Source: Pirellulales bacterium
GTDB taxonomy: Bacteria; Planctomycetota; Planctomycetia; Pirellulales; JAEUIK01
Direction of reading: 5' to 3'
DNA length: 64,000 nt
NCBI GenBank assembly: GCA_019745975.1
Contig: JAIESQ010000013.1
Coordinates: forward strand, 86,780 to 150,779
The notes under the pieces are model-generated. The model was not told the DNA's origin and made no database searches. It was given only the letters and a program-made list of their open reading frames with translations. Positions 9,601 to 17,542 of the stretch are shown here, piece after piece. The position numbers and the translations under genes are program-made. How positions within the stretch are numbered: the stretch's first letter is position 1; each line of letters begins with the position of its first letter.

Positions 9601-10812
9601 GTGGGCGACGTGTTTCGCGCCGCGGGAGCCGAATTCCTGCAGCGACACGCCCATGTACTTCGCGGCGAACAACGCCGTGCGATCAAGGATCTGGCCGCCT
9701 GCCGCACCGCCGCGCTGGGCGGCCACGAAGAAGCCTGCGATGCGTGCGGCCATCGTCGCTTCGCGTACAACTCATGCCGCAATCGTCACTGCCCGAAGTG
9801 CCAAGCCTCGGCCCGCGCACGCTGGCTCGAAGCGCGCTCCGCCGAGCTGATCGACGTGCCGTACTTCCATGTCGTATTCACGCTGCCAGCGGAGTTCGGT
9901 CCTCTGGCACTTCATAATCCGCGCATGATTTATGGCCTGCTGTTTCGAGCGGCGTCCGAAACGCTCTTGCAAATCGCTGCCGACCGCAAGCACCTTGGCG
10001 CCGAGATCGGTTTTCTGGCCGTGTTGCACACCTGGGGTCAGAACCTGTTGCACCATCCGCACCTGCACTGCGTCGTGCCTTCCGGTGGACTATCCCCCAA
10101 CGGCCAAGGCTGGATCGCCGGGCGTGACGATTTCTTCTTGCCCGTACAGGTATTGAGTCGCGTGTTTCGCGGGAAGTTCATCGCCTTGGTCAAGCGTGCC
10201 TGTGAACGTGGTCAGTTGGTCTTTCCCGGCCGATTGCGCCCCTTGGAAGACCGGAACTGTTTTGAACAGCTGCTCGATCAGGCTGTCCGACAAGATTGGG
10301 TTGTCTACGCCAAACCACCATTCGGCGGCGCACCACAAGTACTCAAGTACTTGGCCCGCTACACGCACCGCGTGGCGATCGCCAACTCGCGGATCGCGAC
10401 GTTCGATGGCCAACGTGTGTCGTTCCGCTGGAAAGACTATGCCGATGATAACCAGCACAAAACGATGACCCTTGCGGCCGACGAGTTCATCCGCCGCTTT
10501 CTGATGCACGTTCTGCCGCGCGGCTTCACCCGCATCCGCTATTACGGCTTCCTGGCCAACCGCCATCGCGCGCAGAAGCTGGCCATCATCCGAGGGACGC
10601 TGGGGGCGTCGCTCACCGACGCTGCGGCCCAGTCACCGCCAGAAGCAGAAGCGCGCGCCGACGGCGAACCCGCCGGGGAGGTTTGTCCGGTCTGTAACTC
10701 AGGTCGAATCCACAAGGTAGCCATCCTGATACCTGTCGCCCCGCCACCGTTGAGCTGGCTGTTGCCAGCGGCGCATCGACACGGGCCAAGAATCGGGTGG
10801 GATACGTCGTGA
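9601..10812 (+). CDS. IS91-family rolling-circle transposase (Zn-binding + Y2 HUH domain)
   Basis: YNSCRNRHCPKC zinc-binding motif, HTWG...HPHLHC HUH motif, YLARYTHR Y2 motif; start taken at GTG 9601. Confidence 0.92.
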   Translation: MGDVFRAAGAEFLQRHAHVLRGEQRRAIKDLAACRTAALGGHEEACDACGHRRFAYNSCRNRHCPKCQASARARWLEARSAELIDVPYFHVVFTLPAEFGPLALHNPRMIYGLLFRAASETLLQIAADRKHLGAEIGFLAVLHTWGQNLLHHPHLHCVVPSGGLSPNGQGWIAGRDDFFLPVQVLSRVFRGKFIALVKRACERGQLVFPGRLRPLEDRNCFEQLLDQAVRQDWVVYAKPPFGGAPQVLKYLARYTHRVAIANSRIATFDGQRVSFRWKDYADDNQHKTMTLAADEFIRRFLMHVLPRGFTRIRYYGFLANRHRAQKLAIIRGTLGASLTDAAAQSPPEAEARADGEPAGEVCPVCNSGRIHKVAILIPVAPPPLSWLLPAAHRHGPRIGWDTS

Positions 10813-11060
10813 CTCTCTTGACTCGGCTCAATCGGCTGCGACATAACATCGACGCTCTTGCGAGTGATCCACGCTCGCCTGCGCGCCGCAGGCACCACTT
10901 ATTCTTCCCATGAACCAAGTCATGTCACTCTCAGTCCGCTCTGACCGATATCGTGCCGACTTTCAGGCGCCGCCCCTTCGCGGCGCCCTCTCGGATGGGC
11001 CACTCTCGACACGGCGCGGTTTGATTGCATCTCCATAGTCGGGCCGCCCAGAGCGGTTTC

Positions 11061-11184
11061 GTTCAACCGGCTGTATCCGAAGTGCCGGTCCTCCGGCCAA
11101 TTACCATCGCTCACAACGCAACGCCCGCACCGCCTGAGACCGTCCGCGGCAGGGGCACTTCGGATACAGCCCTCTGGGTTAGGC
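11061..11184 (+). other. attC-like fold-back site
   Basis: GTTCAAC (RYYYAAC) 11061-11067; perfect 18-bp inverted repeat 11069-11086 / 11154-11171; GTTAGGC (GTTRRRY) 11178-11184. Confidence 0.55.
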
Positions 11185-11319
11185 GCACCATAGCAGGCCT
11201 GTGGTATCCGCGCAACGGTTTTCAATCAGGGGATCGCAACAGTAAACGTTCATTAACCATTCTTTAGGGAGATGCGTGCTAGAAAAGAAGGAGATGCTCA
11301 ATTGAATGAATAGGTCTCT

Positions 11320-11697
11320 ATGACGGGCGAGAAGGATGCACCTGCGACAACGCCGCCGATGTCGATTACCCTCGGACGCATGTTCCTCGTTGCGGCCGAA
11401 CTCGCCACATGGACGGAAGATGAGCGGGCGTGGTTGAAGTCTCGGCCGAAGTATCAGGAGTACGAAGGCTCATTGCGAGACGCAATCGCCGAATTCAGAT
11501 TCAAAGAGCTACTGACCACGGATCAGCTCGTTGCGTTCTCGAACAACGAAGCCTGGGCACCATTCCAAAACAGGCTTGACGACTTGGTGGAGCGTCGCGT
11601 GTCGCTTCTCGATGGTTTTGGTCAGCAGGTAAAAGGAAATCTGTTTTCGCAGCGGATCGATCGCGAACATCGCGGACCGAGCGAGCCTTGGCGGTAG
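11320..11697 (+). CDS. Hypothetical protein (125 aa)
   Basis: ORF with helical, charged composition; convergent with next gene. Confidence 0.55.
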   Translation: MTGEKDAPATTPPMSITLGRMFLVAAELATWTEDERAWLKSRPKYQEYEGSLRDAIAEFRFKELLTTDQLVAFSNNEAWAPFQNRLDDLVERRVSLLDGFGQQVKGNLFSQRIDREHRGPSEPWR

Positions 11698-11721
11698 CGA
11701 GATTCGTCAAAGCTATTTGCC

Positions 11722-12804
11722 TCATGCATTCGGATTGCTCGCTCGAAGTCCCAAGCTGATGAGAATCCCAGAAAGCAAAGCCTCCTGCCCGGACGACGCA
11801 GGTTTGACAACCAACTCCCATAACGGTTGTCCGCTCTTATGCTCGTAGTTTCCTGTTGGACGGAACTGGTAACCCTTTGCACGCACTTCAGAGAGAGGAA
11901 ATGCCACACGGTTCAAGATGTGGAGCGGCTCGGCAAGTCTGTCTGGACAGGTGCACAGGGCGCCGACTTGAGAATCAATTGCGAGGGCGAGGTAACGGGT
12001 GGGATCACCTGAAAGCCCCGAGTCGACAGCGGAGCGTTGAGCAAAGCCCTCCAGAAACACGTGGCGGGTTGGGAACTGCAAATCCGAAACACCAACCTCA
12101 GAGGCCATTCGTTTGCCGGCACGTATTTCGTGGTATGCCTCTGCTGTCAGAGGCAAGACAATCGTCATGCCAACTGCCGCTCGTCGGCCTCTGACGACAT
12201 TTACGGTCCACGGGTTGGTGCGCCACCAGTCTATGGCGCGAGCCTCGTATGCATTCAAGGCTATGCCGATCATCGCCTCCGCTGTCTGGATGGCCTTTGC
12301 CGCCGTGAGATGATTCGCATCAGGGCTGACGGCTCGCGCAAGATAGGCGTACATCCACCGCACCGCTTGTCTGACCTGTGACGCACGTTTCGTCGGCGCC
12401 GGCGGAGCTTCCGAGTTGGTTTGGGAGCACAATGCTTCCAGCAGGCCGGGAACACCATCCGCCAACAAGTCTCGCTCCTGTTCCAACAGGTGCTCCGCCA
12501 GGGCGCGAGCCGAATGTGATGCTGGCTCAACGATCCCGCGAGCCCGGATGAATTCGAGGAATGCCGCGGCGCGATCGTCGGTCGGTTCCCCTGCCGCCAC
12601 TTTGTCAATGAAGTACTGGGCCAGAAGCGCAGCAAAATGCGGCGCGACAGCGGCGCCGCGTTTCATGTTCGTATAGACATCGCTGCGAATTGTCTTTCCC
12701 CTCGCTCGCACCGAATGTACGAACTCTTCTGTCAATGGCCACGCACGGCGCTCGGACATGAACGCACGAAAATCGGGAGAAAGGACGCGGCTGACTTTGT
12801 ACAT
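11722..12804 (-). CDS. Hypothetical protein, possible XRE-type HTH regulator with C-terminal sensor/GNAT-like domain
   Basis: Long ORF divergent from the island core operon; SDVYTNMKRGAAVAPHFAALLAQYF resembles an HTH recognition helix; start uncertain (ORF open to 13080). Confidence 0.55.
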   Translation of the reverse strand: MYKVSRVLSPDFRAFMSERRAWPLTEEFVHSVRARGKTIRSDVYTNMKRGAAVAPHFAALLAQYFIDKVAAGEPTDDRAAAFLEFIRARGIVEPASHSARALAEHLLEQERDLLADGVPGLLEALCSQTNSEAPPAPTKRASQVRQAVRWMYAYLARAVSPDANHLTAAKAIQTAEAMIGIALNAYEARAIDWWRTNPWTVNVVRGRRAAVGMTIVLPLTAEAYHEIRAGKRMASEVGVSDLQFPTRHVFLEGFAQRSAVDSGLSGDPTRYLALAIDSQVGALCTCPDRLAEPLHILNRVAFPLSEVRAKGYQFRPTGNYEHKSGQPLWELVVKPASSGQEALLSGILISLGLRASNPNA

Positions 12805-12924
12805 GGGTACTCCTTGGACCGGGGCGCGAAAAACGTTACCCAAACTCTCGCGAGATTGAAAGTCCAAACGCCACATATTCTCGCGGGAAATTGTTGAGCG
12901 CTGCTGACGCGATTCTTGCTCGCT

Positions 12925-13055
12925 GGTTTCCCAGATTTTCCCAAATCGTACTCCTCGGCGACGGGTCATCGAATGATAGAAATCGCGAACGCGGGTCATG
13001 GTGCGAAGGTGTGGGAGAACCTCGCACTCGTGCGGTTTCCCGGGTTTTCCCAAAT
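12925..13055 (+). repeat. 22-bp direct repeat pair GGTTTCCCRGRTTTTCCCAAAT in divergent promoter region
   Basis: 12925-12946 and 13034-13055, 20/22 identical. Confidence 0.75.
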
Positions 13056-13103
13056 GGTTGTCCACGAGGTGGACTCTCAAATTATTGGATTGGAGAACAA
13101 GTC

Positions 13104-13199
13104 ATGGAGTTTCTAACGGCATTGGCGGGTTGGGCAGTGGTGCGGGCAGCAGCGGTGGTGCTTGAACGCGCTCTGGAGTGCGCGACACGAAAGCGCTAG
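13104..13199 (+). CDS. Putative 31-aa hydrophobic peptide MEFLTALAGWAVVRAAAVVLERALECATRKR
   Basis: GGAG RBS upstream; first ORF of the co-directional island operon. Confidence 0.45.
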   Translation: MEFLTALAGWAVVRAAAVVLERALECATRKR

Positions 13200-13280
13200 C
13201 GAGCGATTAGTTAGTTGCGGGATGGCGGCACGGTGCCGCCCTCCGTTCATTCAGCGAATGGTCTTGTCAGGAGAGATGTG

Positions 13281-13553
13281 ATGAAGGGTATTCATCCGGC
13301 AGTTTATCTGATCGTGGCGGCTTTCTACGCTTTATGCCCCCTCGACGGGGACTTCATACTTGTGGGGGGCTGGCTCGATGATTTGCTGGTCGCGTTTATT
13401 TGCATAAGGGAATTCAACAAGCGCACGCGCGGCCCTGGGCCAGGGCAGCCTGGTGGAATGGCGATCGATGTGGAGCATTGCCCGGCTCCACCAAGGATTC
13501 AATCGCCTGTCGACCTCCTTGTCACGGCGAAGGGCAATCCAAACCTGAATTAG
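13281..13553 (+). CDS. YkvA/DUF1232-like small membrane protein
   Basis: FYALCPLDGDFILVGGWLDDLLV resembles the DUF1232 Y-x-x-x-P-x-D...G-x-x-DD motif; GGAG RBS. Confidence 0.7.
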   Translation: MKGIHPAVYLIVAAFYALCPLDGDFILVGGWLDDLLVAFICIREFNKRTRGPGPGQPGGMAIDVEHCPAPPRIQSPVDLLVTAKGNPNLN

Positions 13554-13570
13554 GCGAAAGGAGTCGCGAC

Positions 13571-14389
13571 ATGAAGGTCCAACTAGATCGACTTCCTTTG
13601 GAGCGCAACCCCCGCACAAAGGTGGAGGAAGCCAAGATCGCTGCGCTTGCACACACGCTCCAACTGGTCGGTCAGCAGGTGCCGATCAGTCTTCGGGCGG
13701 CGGGCGAGGAGTTCGAATTGACCGATGGTATGTGCCGGGTTCTTGCGGCTCGCAAGCTGGGCTGGACGGAAATCGAAGCCATTGTCGATGAGCATGAGCT
13801 GAACGAGGCAGAAGTGCTACAGCGTCAAGTAGTCATCCACCATCAACGGGCTGACCTGCCTCCGCTCGATAAGGCGCGGGCAGTCTCGCGGCTGATGGAA
13901 GTCGCTGGTTGCAATGCATCGCAGGCTGCCTCGAACCTGGGAATGTCGAACGCCACGGTGACAAGGCTACTAAGCCTCCTGACTTTGCCAGAAGACATTC
14001 AACGGCAAGTGGAGTCCGGAAAGCTCGCTGCGAGCACGGCCTATGAGTTGGCGCGTACTGGCGATCCAACAAAGCAAGCGGAGCTGGCCGACGCTGCCTC
14101 AAACGGAAGTCTCTCGCGGGATGCGGTGTCTGGGCATGTGAAAAGGATGAGAAAGCCTCGGAGCTCGAATGGTCGTGGCAGCGGCTTGCGCGCCGTTGCT
14201 CCGCTTGGTGACGGTCGGAGCTTAACGGTCACCGGCATCGAGCCGTCGCTCGATGGTTTTATCGCATGTCTGGAAGACGCATTGAGTCGGGCGCGCAGAG
14301 TGCGCACCAAGGGCCACTCTTTGGCCACCTTCTGCAAGACGCTGCGGGATGAGGCGAAAACTCACGCACATCAAGGAGCAATGCCATGA
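13571..14389 (+). CDS. ParB/RepB/Spo0J-family protein
   Basis: RNPR, GQQVPI, LTDGMCRVLAARKLG (GxxR), QRADLPPLDKARA, HTH ASQAASNLGMSNATVTRLLSL; GGAG RBS. Confidence 0.88.
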   Translation: MKVQLDRLPLERNPRTKVEEAKIAALAHTLQLVGQQVPISLRAAGEEFELTDGMCRVLAARKLGWTEIEAIVDEHELNEAEVLQRQVVIHHQRADLPPLDKARAVSRLMEVAGCNASQAASNLGMSNATVTRLLSLLTLPEDIQRQVESGKLAASTAYELARTGDPTKQAELADAASNGSLSRDAVSGHVKRMRKPRSSNGRGSGLRAVAPLGDGRSLTVTGIEPSLDGFIACLEDALSRARRVRTKGHSLATFCKTLRDEAKTHAHQGAMP

Positions 14390-15903
14390 CGCAAGACCAA
14401 CAGCAAATGCTCGGCGGAGTGATGATGCTCCTCGTCGTCGTGCTCATCATCGGGAATCGGTATCGCGTGCGGGGTCGTGGTAGCCGGAATCTGGATCAAG
14501 TGCTGTTTGCCTGGAACAAGCACGACAAGTTCACGGTCCGCGGCCTGCTTGACGGCGGGGTGTCAATTCTCGGCCGCACCGGCAGTGGCAAGACGAGTGC
14601 CGCAGGCAGGCACCTCGGTGAGGCGATCGTCGGCAACCGCAATAGCTCAGGGCTGATCTGCGGGGCAAAGCCCGAAGATCTCGCCATGTGGCAGGGCATC
14701 TTCAAACGCGCGGGGCGATCGAAGGATTTGCTCGTGATGGAGCCGGGTGGAGACCTACGGATTAACTTCCTTGAGGAAGCGTCCCGGTACGGCGGTCAGA
14801 CTCGGGAGATCACGCAGTTCATCACCACGGTCGGCGAGACTCTGAGACGCGGCCATAACCAACGCCGGATGGAAGGCGCGGATTTTTGGGAAGCGCAGGC
14901 CGAACGGCGCATCTACAGCGCCGTGGAGGTGCTGCGGCTGGTCAAAGGGACGGTGACCGCTCCCGACCTTCAGCAATTCATCATGACCGCGCCTCTCAAG
15001 GCTACTCAACTGCGAGAGGAAGGCTGGCGATTGAGCTTTCATGGCAAGTGCATCGAAGCGGCGTATGCCAAGGCAAAGTCGACGACGGAAGAGCATGACT
15101 TCCAGATTGCTTGCGATTACGAGCTTGATGAGCTGCCCAACATGGCCGACAAGATGCGCTCGTCGATCATCACGACGGTCCTGGGGATACTTCACGTCTT
15201 CAATAGCGGTGTCGTCCGCGAGACGGTCTCGACGCGGACAGACGTGCATCTCAGGGACATTGTTGAGGGACGGAAGTTCCTCTTCATAAACGCTCCGCCA
15301 TCATCGCACGGCGCCACGGGTACCTTTCTGAACGTAGGTGCAAAGCACCTCATGGAACTGGTGATGCTGCAACGGGAAGTGAATGCGAATAGTCCGTTCC
15401 ATGTAATCTGGTGCGACGAGGCGCCTCAACTAGTTACGAGCTTCGACAGCCACAGCTACGTTCCACAATGTCGTTCTCATCGGGGCTGCATGGTGCTGTT
15501 GGGCCAATCGCTTCCTTCATATTACACCGCGTTTGGCGGAGAGAATGGCAAGCAACAAGCCCATGAAATGCTGGCTAACTTCGGCCATCACATTATCCAC
15601 GCTTTAGGCGACATCGAATCGGCGGAATGGGCCAGCGCGCTCGTGGGCAAGCAGTTGGAGACGTTCTTCGGCGGCTCGATGCAGCCAGCGCAAGACAGCT
15701 TCGATCAGTTGTTCGGCAATCAGCAATTCACTGGCAGTTTCTCGACGCAGTACCAGCCGAGGTTACAGGCAAGTGCATTCATGCAGGGGCTTCGCACGGG
15801 CGGGCCTCAGAACTTGTACTTGGCGGATGCCTTCGTGATTAAGACCGGCGAACCGTTTTCCAATGGCAATAACTGCCTCCAGGTGACATTCAGCCAGAGG
15901 TGA
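14386..15903 (+). CDS. VirD4/TraD-like type IV coupling ATPase
   Basis: N-terminal TM helix, Walker A GRTGSGKT, Walker B VIWCDEA, RSHRGCMVLLGQSL and DIESAEWASALVG motifs; ATGA overlap with ParB stop. Confidence 0.85.
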   Translation: MTQDQQQMLGGVMMLLVVVLIIGNRYRVRGRGSRNLDQVLFAWNKHDKFTVRGLLDGGVSILGRTGSGKTSAAGRHLGEAIVGNRNSSGLICGAKPEDLAMWQGIFKRAGRSKDLLVMEPGGDLRINFLEEASRYGGQTREITQFITTVGETLRRGHNQRRMEGADFWEAQAERRIYSAVEVLRLVKGTVTAPDLQQFIMTAPLKATQLREEGWRLSFHGKCIEAAYAKAKSTTEEHDFQIACDYELDELPNMADKMRSSIITTVLGILHVFNSGVVRETVSTRTDVHLRDIVEGRKFLFINAPPSSHGATGTFLNVGAKHLMELVMLQREVNANSPFHVIWCDEAPQLVTSFDSHSYVPQCRSHRGCMVLLGQSLPSYYTAFGGENGKQQAHEMLANFGHHIIHALGDIESAEWASALVGKQLETFFGGSMQPAQDSFDQLFGNQQFTGSFSTQYQPRLQASAFMQGLRTGGPQNLYLADAFVIKTGEPFSNGNNCLQVTFSQR

Positions 15904-15906
15904 ATC

Positions 15907-16491
15907 ATGTTCCATCAGCAGCGCCATCATGATGGCCAGGAGTTTGGAGGCTGGGACTTCCGAACGAAGTTCAACCTCGCCTACCTAGTGGTCAGCGGGT
16001 TTACGACGTGCTTCACCGTGTTCCTGCGCCACCGCTTCGGCAGAGAGGCATTAGGGCTGCGGGCCGTCATCGGGATTCTGGCGATGGTTGTCTACATGGC
16101 GACGTATCCAGAGAGCGCAGCCATGAGCGGATACTTTTTTCTGTGGTGGATCGCGCTGGTCTTGCAACGTTTGGGGCACTTTGTGCGGCGCACGAAGGGG
16201 ATCGTACTGCACAGCCGCTTTGAAGGCGAGCCGTGGATTGGTGCGCTGCTGCCGCCGGCGCTGCGCGAAGGCGGGGCCAAGTTTCTTGAGGTCGTACTGT
16301 GCGTGCTGGTTGCCGCCATGCTCCAAGGCGATGACATGGCTCTTGCCAACTTCATGTTTCTGGGCGCTGCCAGCCTAACGGTGAAGGCAGTCATTGACGG
16401 CCGTGCGGACTACCGGCGGGTGGCTCAGATGCGTGATGCAGAAATCGAGCAGCGGGCCATGTTGGACCGCTGGCGAGGAGGTCGTTTTTAG
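15907..16491 (+). CDS. Hypothetical multi-pass membrane protein (194 aa)
   Basis: Several hydrophobic segments; starts 3 nt after the coupling-protein stop. Confidence 0.8.
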   Translation: MFHQQRHHDGQEFGGWDFRTKFNLAYLVVSGFTTCFTVFLRHRFGREALGLRAVIGILAMVVYMATYPESAAMSGYFFLWWIALVLQRLGHFVRRTKGIVLHSRFEGEPWIGALLPPALREGGAKFLEVVLCVLVAAMLQGDDMALANFMFLGAASLTVKAVIDGRADYRRVAQMRDAEIEQRAMLDRWRGGRF

Positions 16492-16503
16492 AAGGAGGGT
16501 GTC

Positions 16504-16770
16504 ATGGCTGATGACCATCGTTCCACGAGACCGTCATTTTGGGCGCCGTTGAAGGAGGCATTTGATAGAGGACGTGGGGAAATCGCGCAATCGCTCTCGG
16601 CATTTCCAGACAGCATTCGGCCGGTGGAAGTTGCGGCGGCGTCCCAACATCACAGCCCAGAAATGGAGGCGTCAGACAAAGGGTCGGTCCACGGCTACAA
16701 CCGGATGCTCGATTCCTACGCGGACCGCGGGATGCAGCGTGAGGAACCTGAACAGGAAATGGAGCGGTGA
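16504..16770 (+). CDS. Hypothetical protein (88 aa)
   Basis: AGGAGG RBS; co-directional in operon. Confidence 0.7.
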   Translation: MADDHRSTRPSFWAPLKEAFDRGRGEIAQSLSAFPDSIRPVEVAAASQHHSPEMEASDKGSVHGYNRMLDSYADRGMQREEPEQEMER

Positions 16771-16833
16771 ATCATGGTGATCCTTGCAATCGCAGTTCTG
16801 TTGGTGATCGCACTGCCGCAGGAGGACTGAGCG

Positions 16834-16974
16834 ATGTCGTTCTCAGGATTGTTGTTTTTCGGAATGTGCTGGGGTTGCTACAAGCTCGGCTTCTACCAGG
16901 CCACGAATCCCGGCGAAGTGGAACGACTCGGCCGCCTCGCCTGGGAGCGTCTCGGGCGGTGGCTGAGCAAATAG
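16834..16974 (+). CDS. 46-aa small membrane protein MSFSGLLFFGMCWGCYKLGFYQATNPGEVERLGRLAWERLGRWLSK
   Basis: Manual translation; GGAGG RBS; N-terminal hydrophobic helix plus amphipathic tail; below ORF-track cut-off. Confidence 0.65.
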   Translation: MSFSGLLFFGMCWGCYKLGFYQATNPGEVERLGRLAWERLGRWLSK

Positions 16975-17023
16975 TGAATGTCTGTGTCTTGGCGTTTTCT
17001 AACCTCGAAGGGAGTGCGTGATC

Positions 17024-17179
17024 ATGGAAGCCGTAATTTTTCTGGGGCTCATTTCGTGCGGGATCTTCTGGTACTTCATGCTCCGCAGCGCGGGACGTGC
17101 CGCCAAGAAGGCGATCAGCGACAATCCGCAAATAGCGATGACCGCGATCAAAATCGCCGCCGACATGCTTCGCAAGTAA
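17024..17179 (+). CDS. 51-aa small membrane protein MEAVIFLGLISCGIFWYFMLRSAGRAAKKAISDNPQIAMTAIKIAADMLRK
   Basis: Manual translation; GGGAG RBS; TM helix followed by basic residues. Confidence 0.65.
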   Translation: MEAVIFLGLISCGIFWYFMLRSAGRAAKKAISDNPQIAMTAIKIAADMLRK

Positions 17180-17189
17180 GAAACCAGAT

Positions 17190-17224
17190 AAGCCGGGGGT
17201 GCTCGTCGCGCCCCCCGGCTTTTC
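17190..17224 (+). terminator. Rho-independent terminator-like hairpin before the excisionase
   Basis: AAGCCGGGGG...CCCCCGGCTT stem followed by short T run. Confidence 0.6.
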
Positions 17225-17249
17225 ATTCGTACCCGGGAAGGAGGTCAAC

Positions 17250-17501
17250 ATGTCGATGGCACAACAAGCTGCGGAAGGCGGCCAGGAGCCGCTGCTGATT
17301 ACCGCGGACCAGCTTGCAGCGTGGCTTCAGGTGTCGGTGCGCTCACTTTGGCGTCTGCGAAGCGCCGGACAGATTCCGCCACCGCTTCGCCTTCGCAAAG
17401 CCGTCCGCTGGCGTCTTGCGGATATCGAAGACTGGCTCGCAAAGGGCTGTCCCGCAAACTCGGAAGAGCCGGAGGCGCGACAAAGGCGTCGCTCGCGGTA
17501 A
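17250..17501 (+). CDS. AlpA/excisionase-like HTH protein
   Basis: LLITADQLAAWLQVSVRSLWRLRSAGQIPPPLRLRKAVRWRLADIEDW; AGGAGG RBS; directly upstream of integrase. Confidence 0.88.
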   Translation: MSMAQQAAEGGQEPLLITADQLAAWLQVSVRSLWRLRSAGQIPPPLRLRKAVRWRLADIEDWLAKGCPANSEEPEARQRRRSR

Positions 17502-17542
17502 AATGGATTACGGTTCGCAGTCTGACTCTCGGAGCATGGATC

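Larger units (their letters stand above)
8633..11184 (+). mobile_element. Tyrosine recombinase + IS91-family (Y2 HUH) transposase unit
   Basis: Two adjacent co-oriented genes; proposed ends at GTT motifs 8633 and 11178; boundaries are inferred. Confidence 0.7.
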
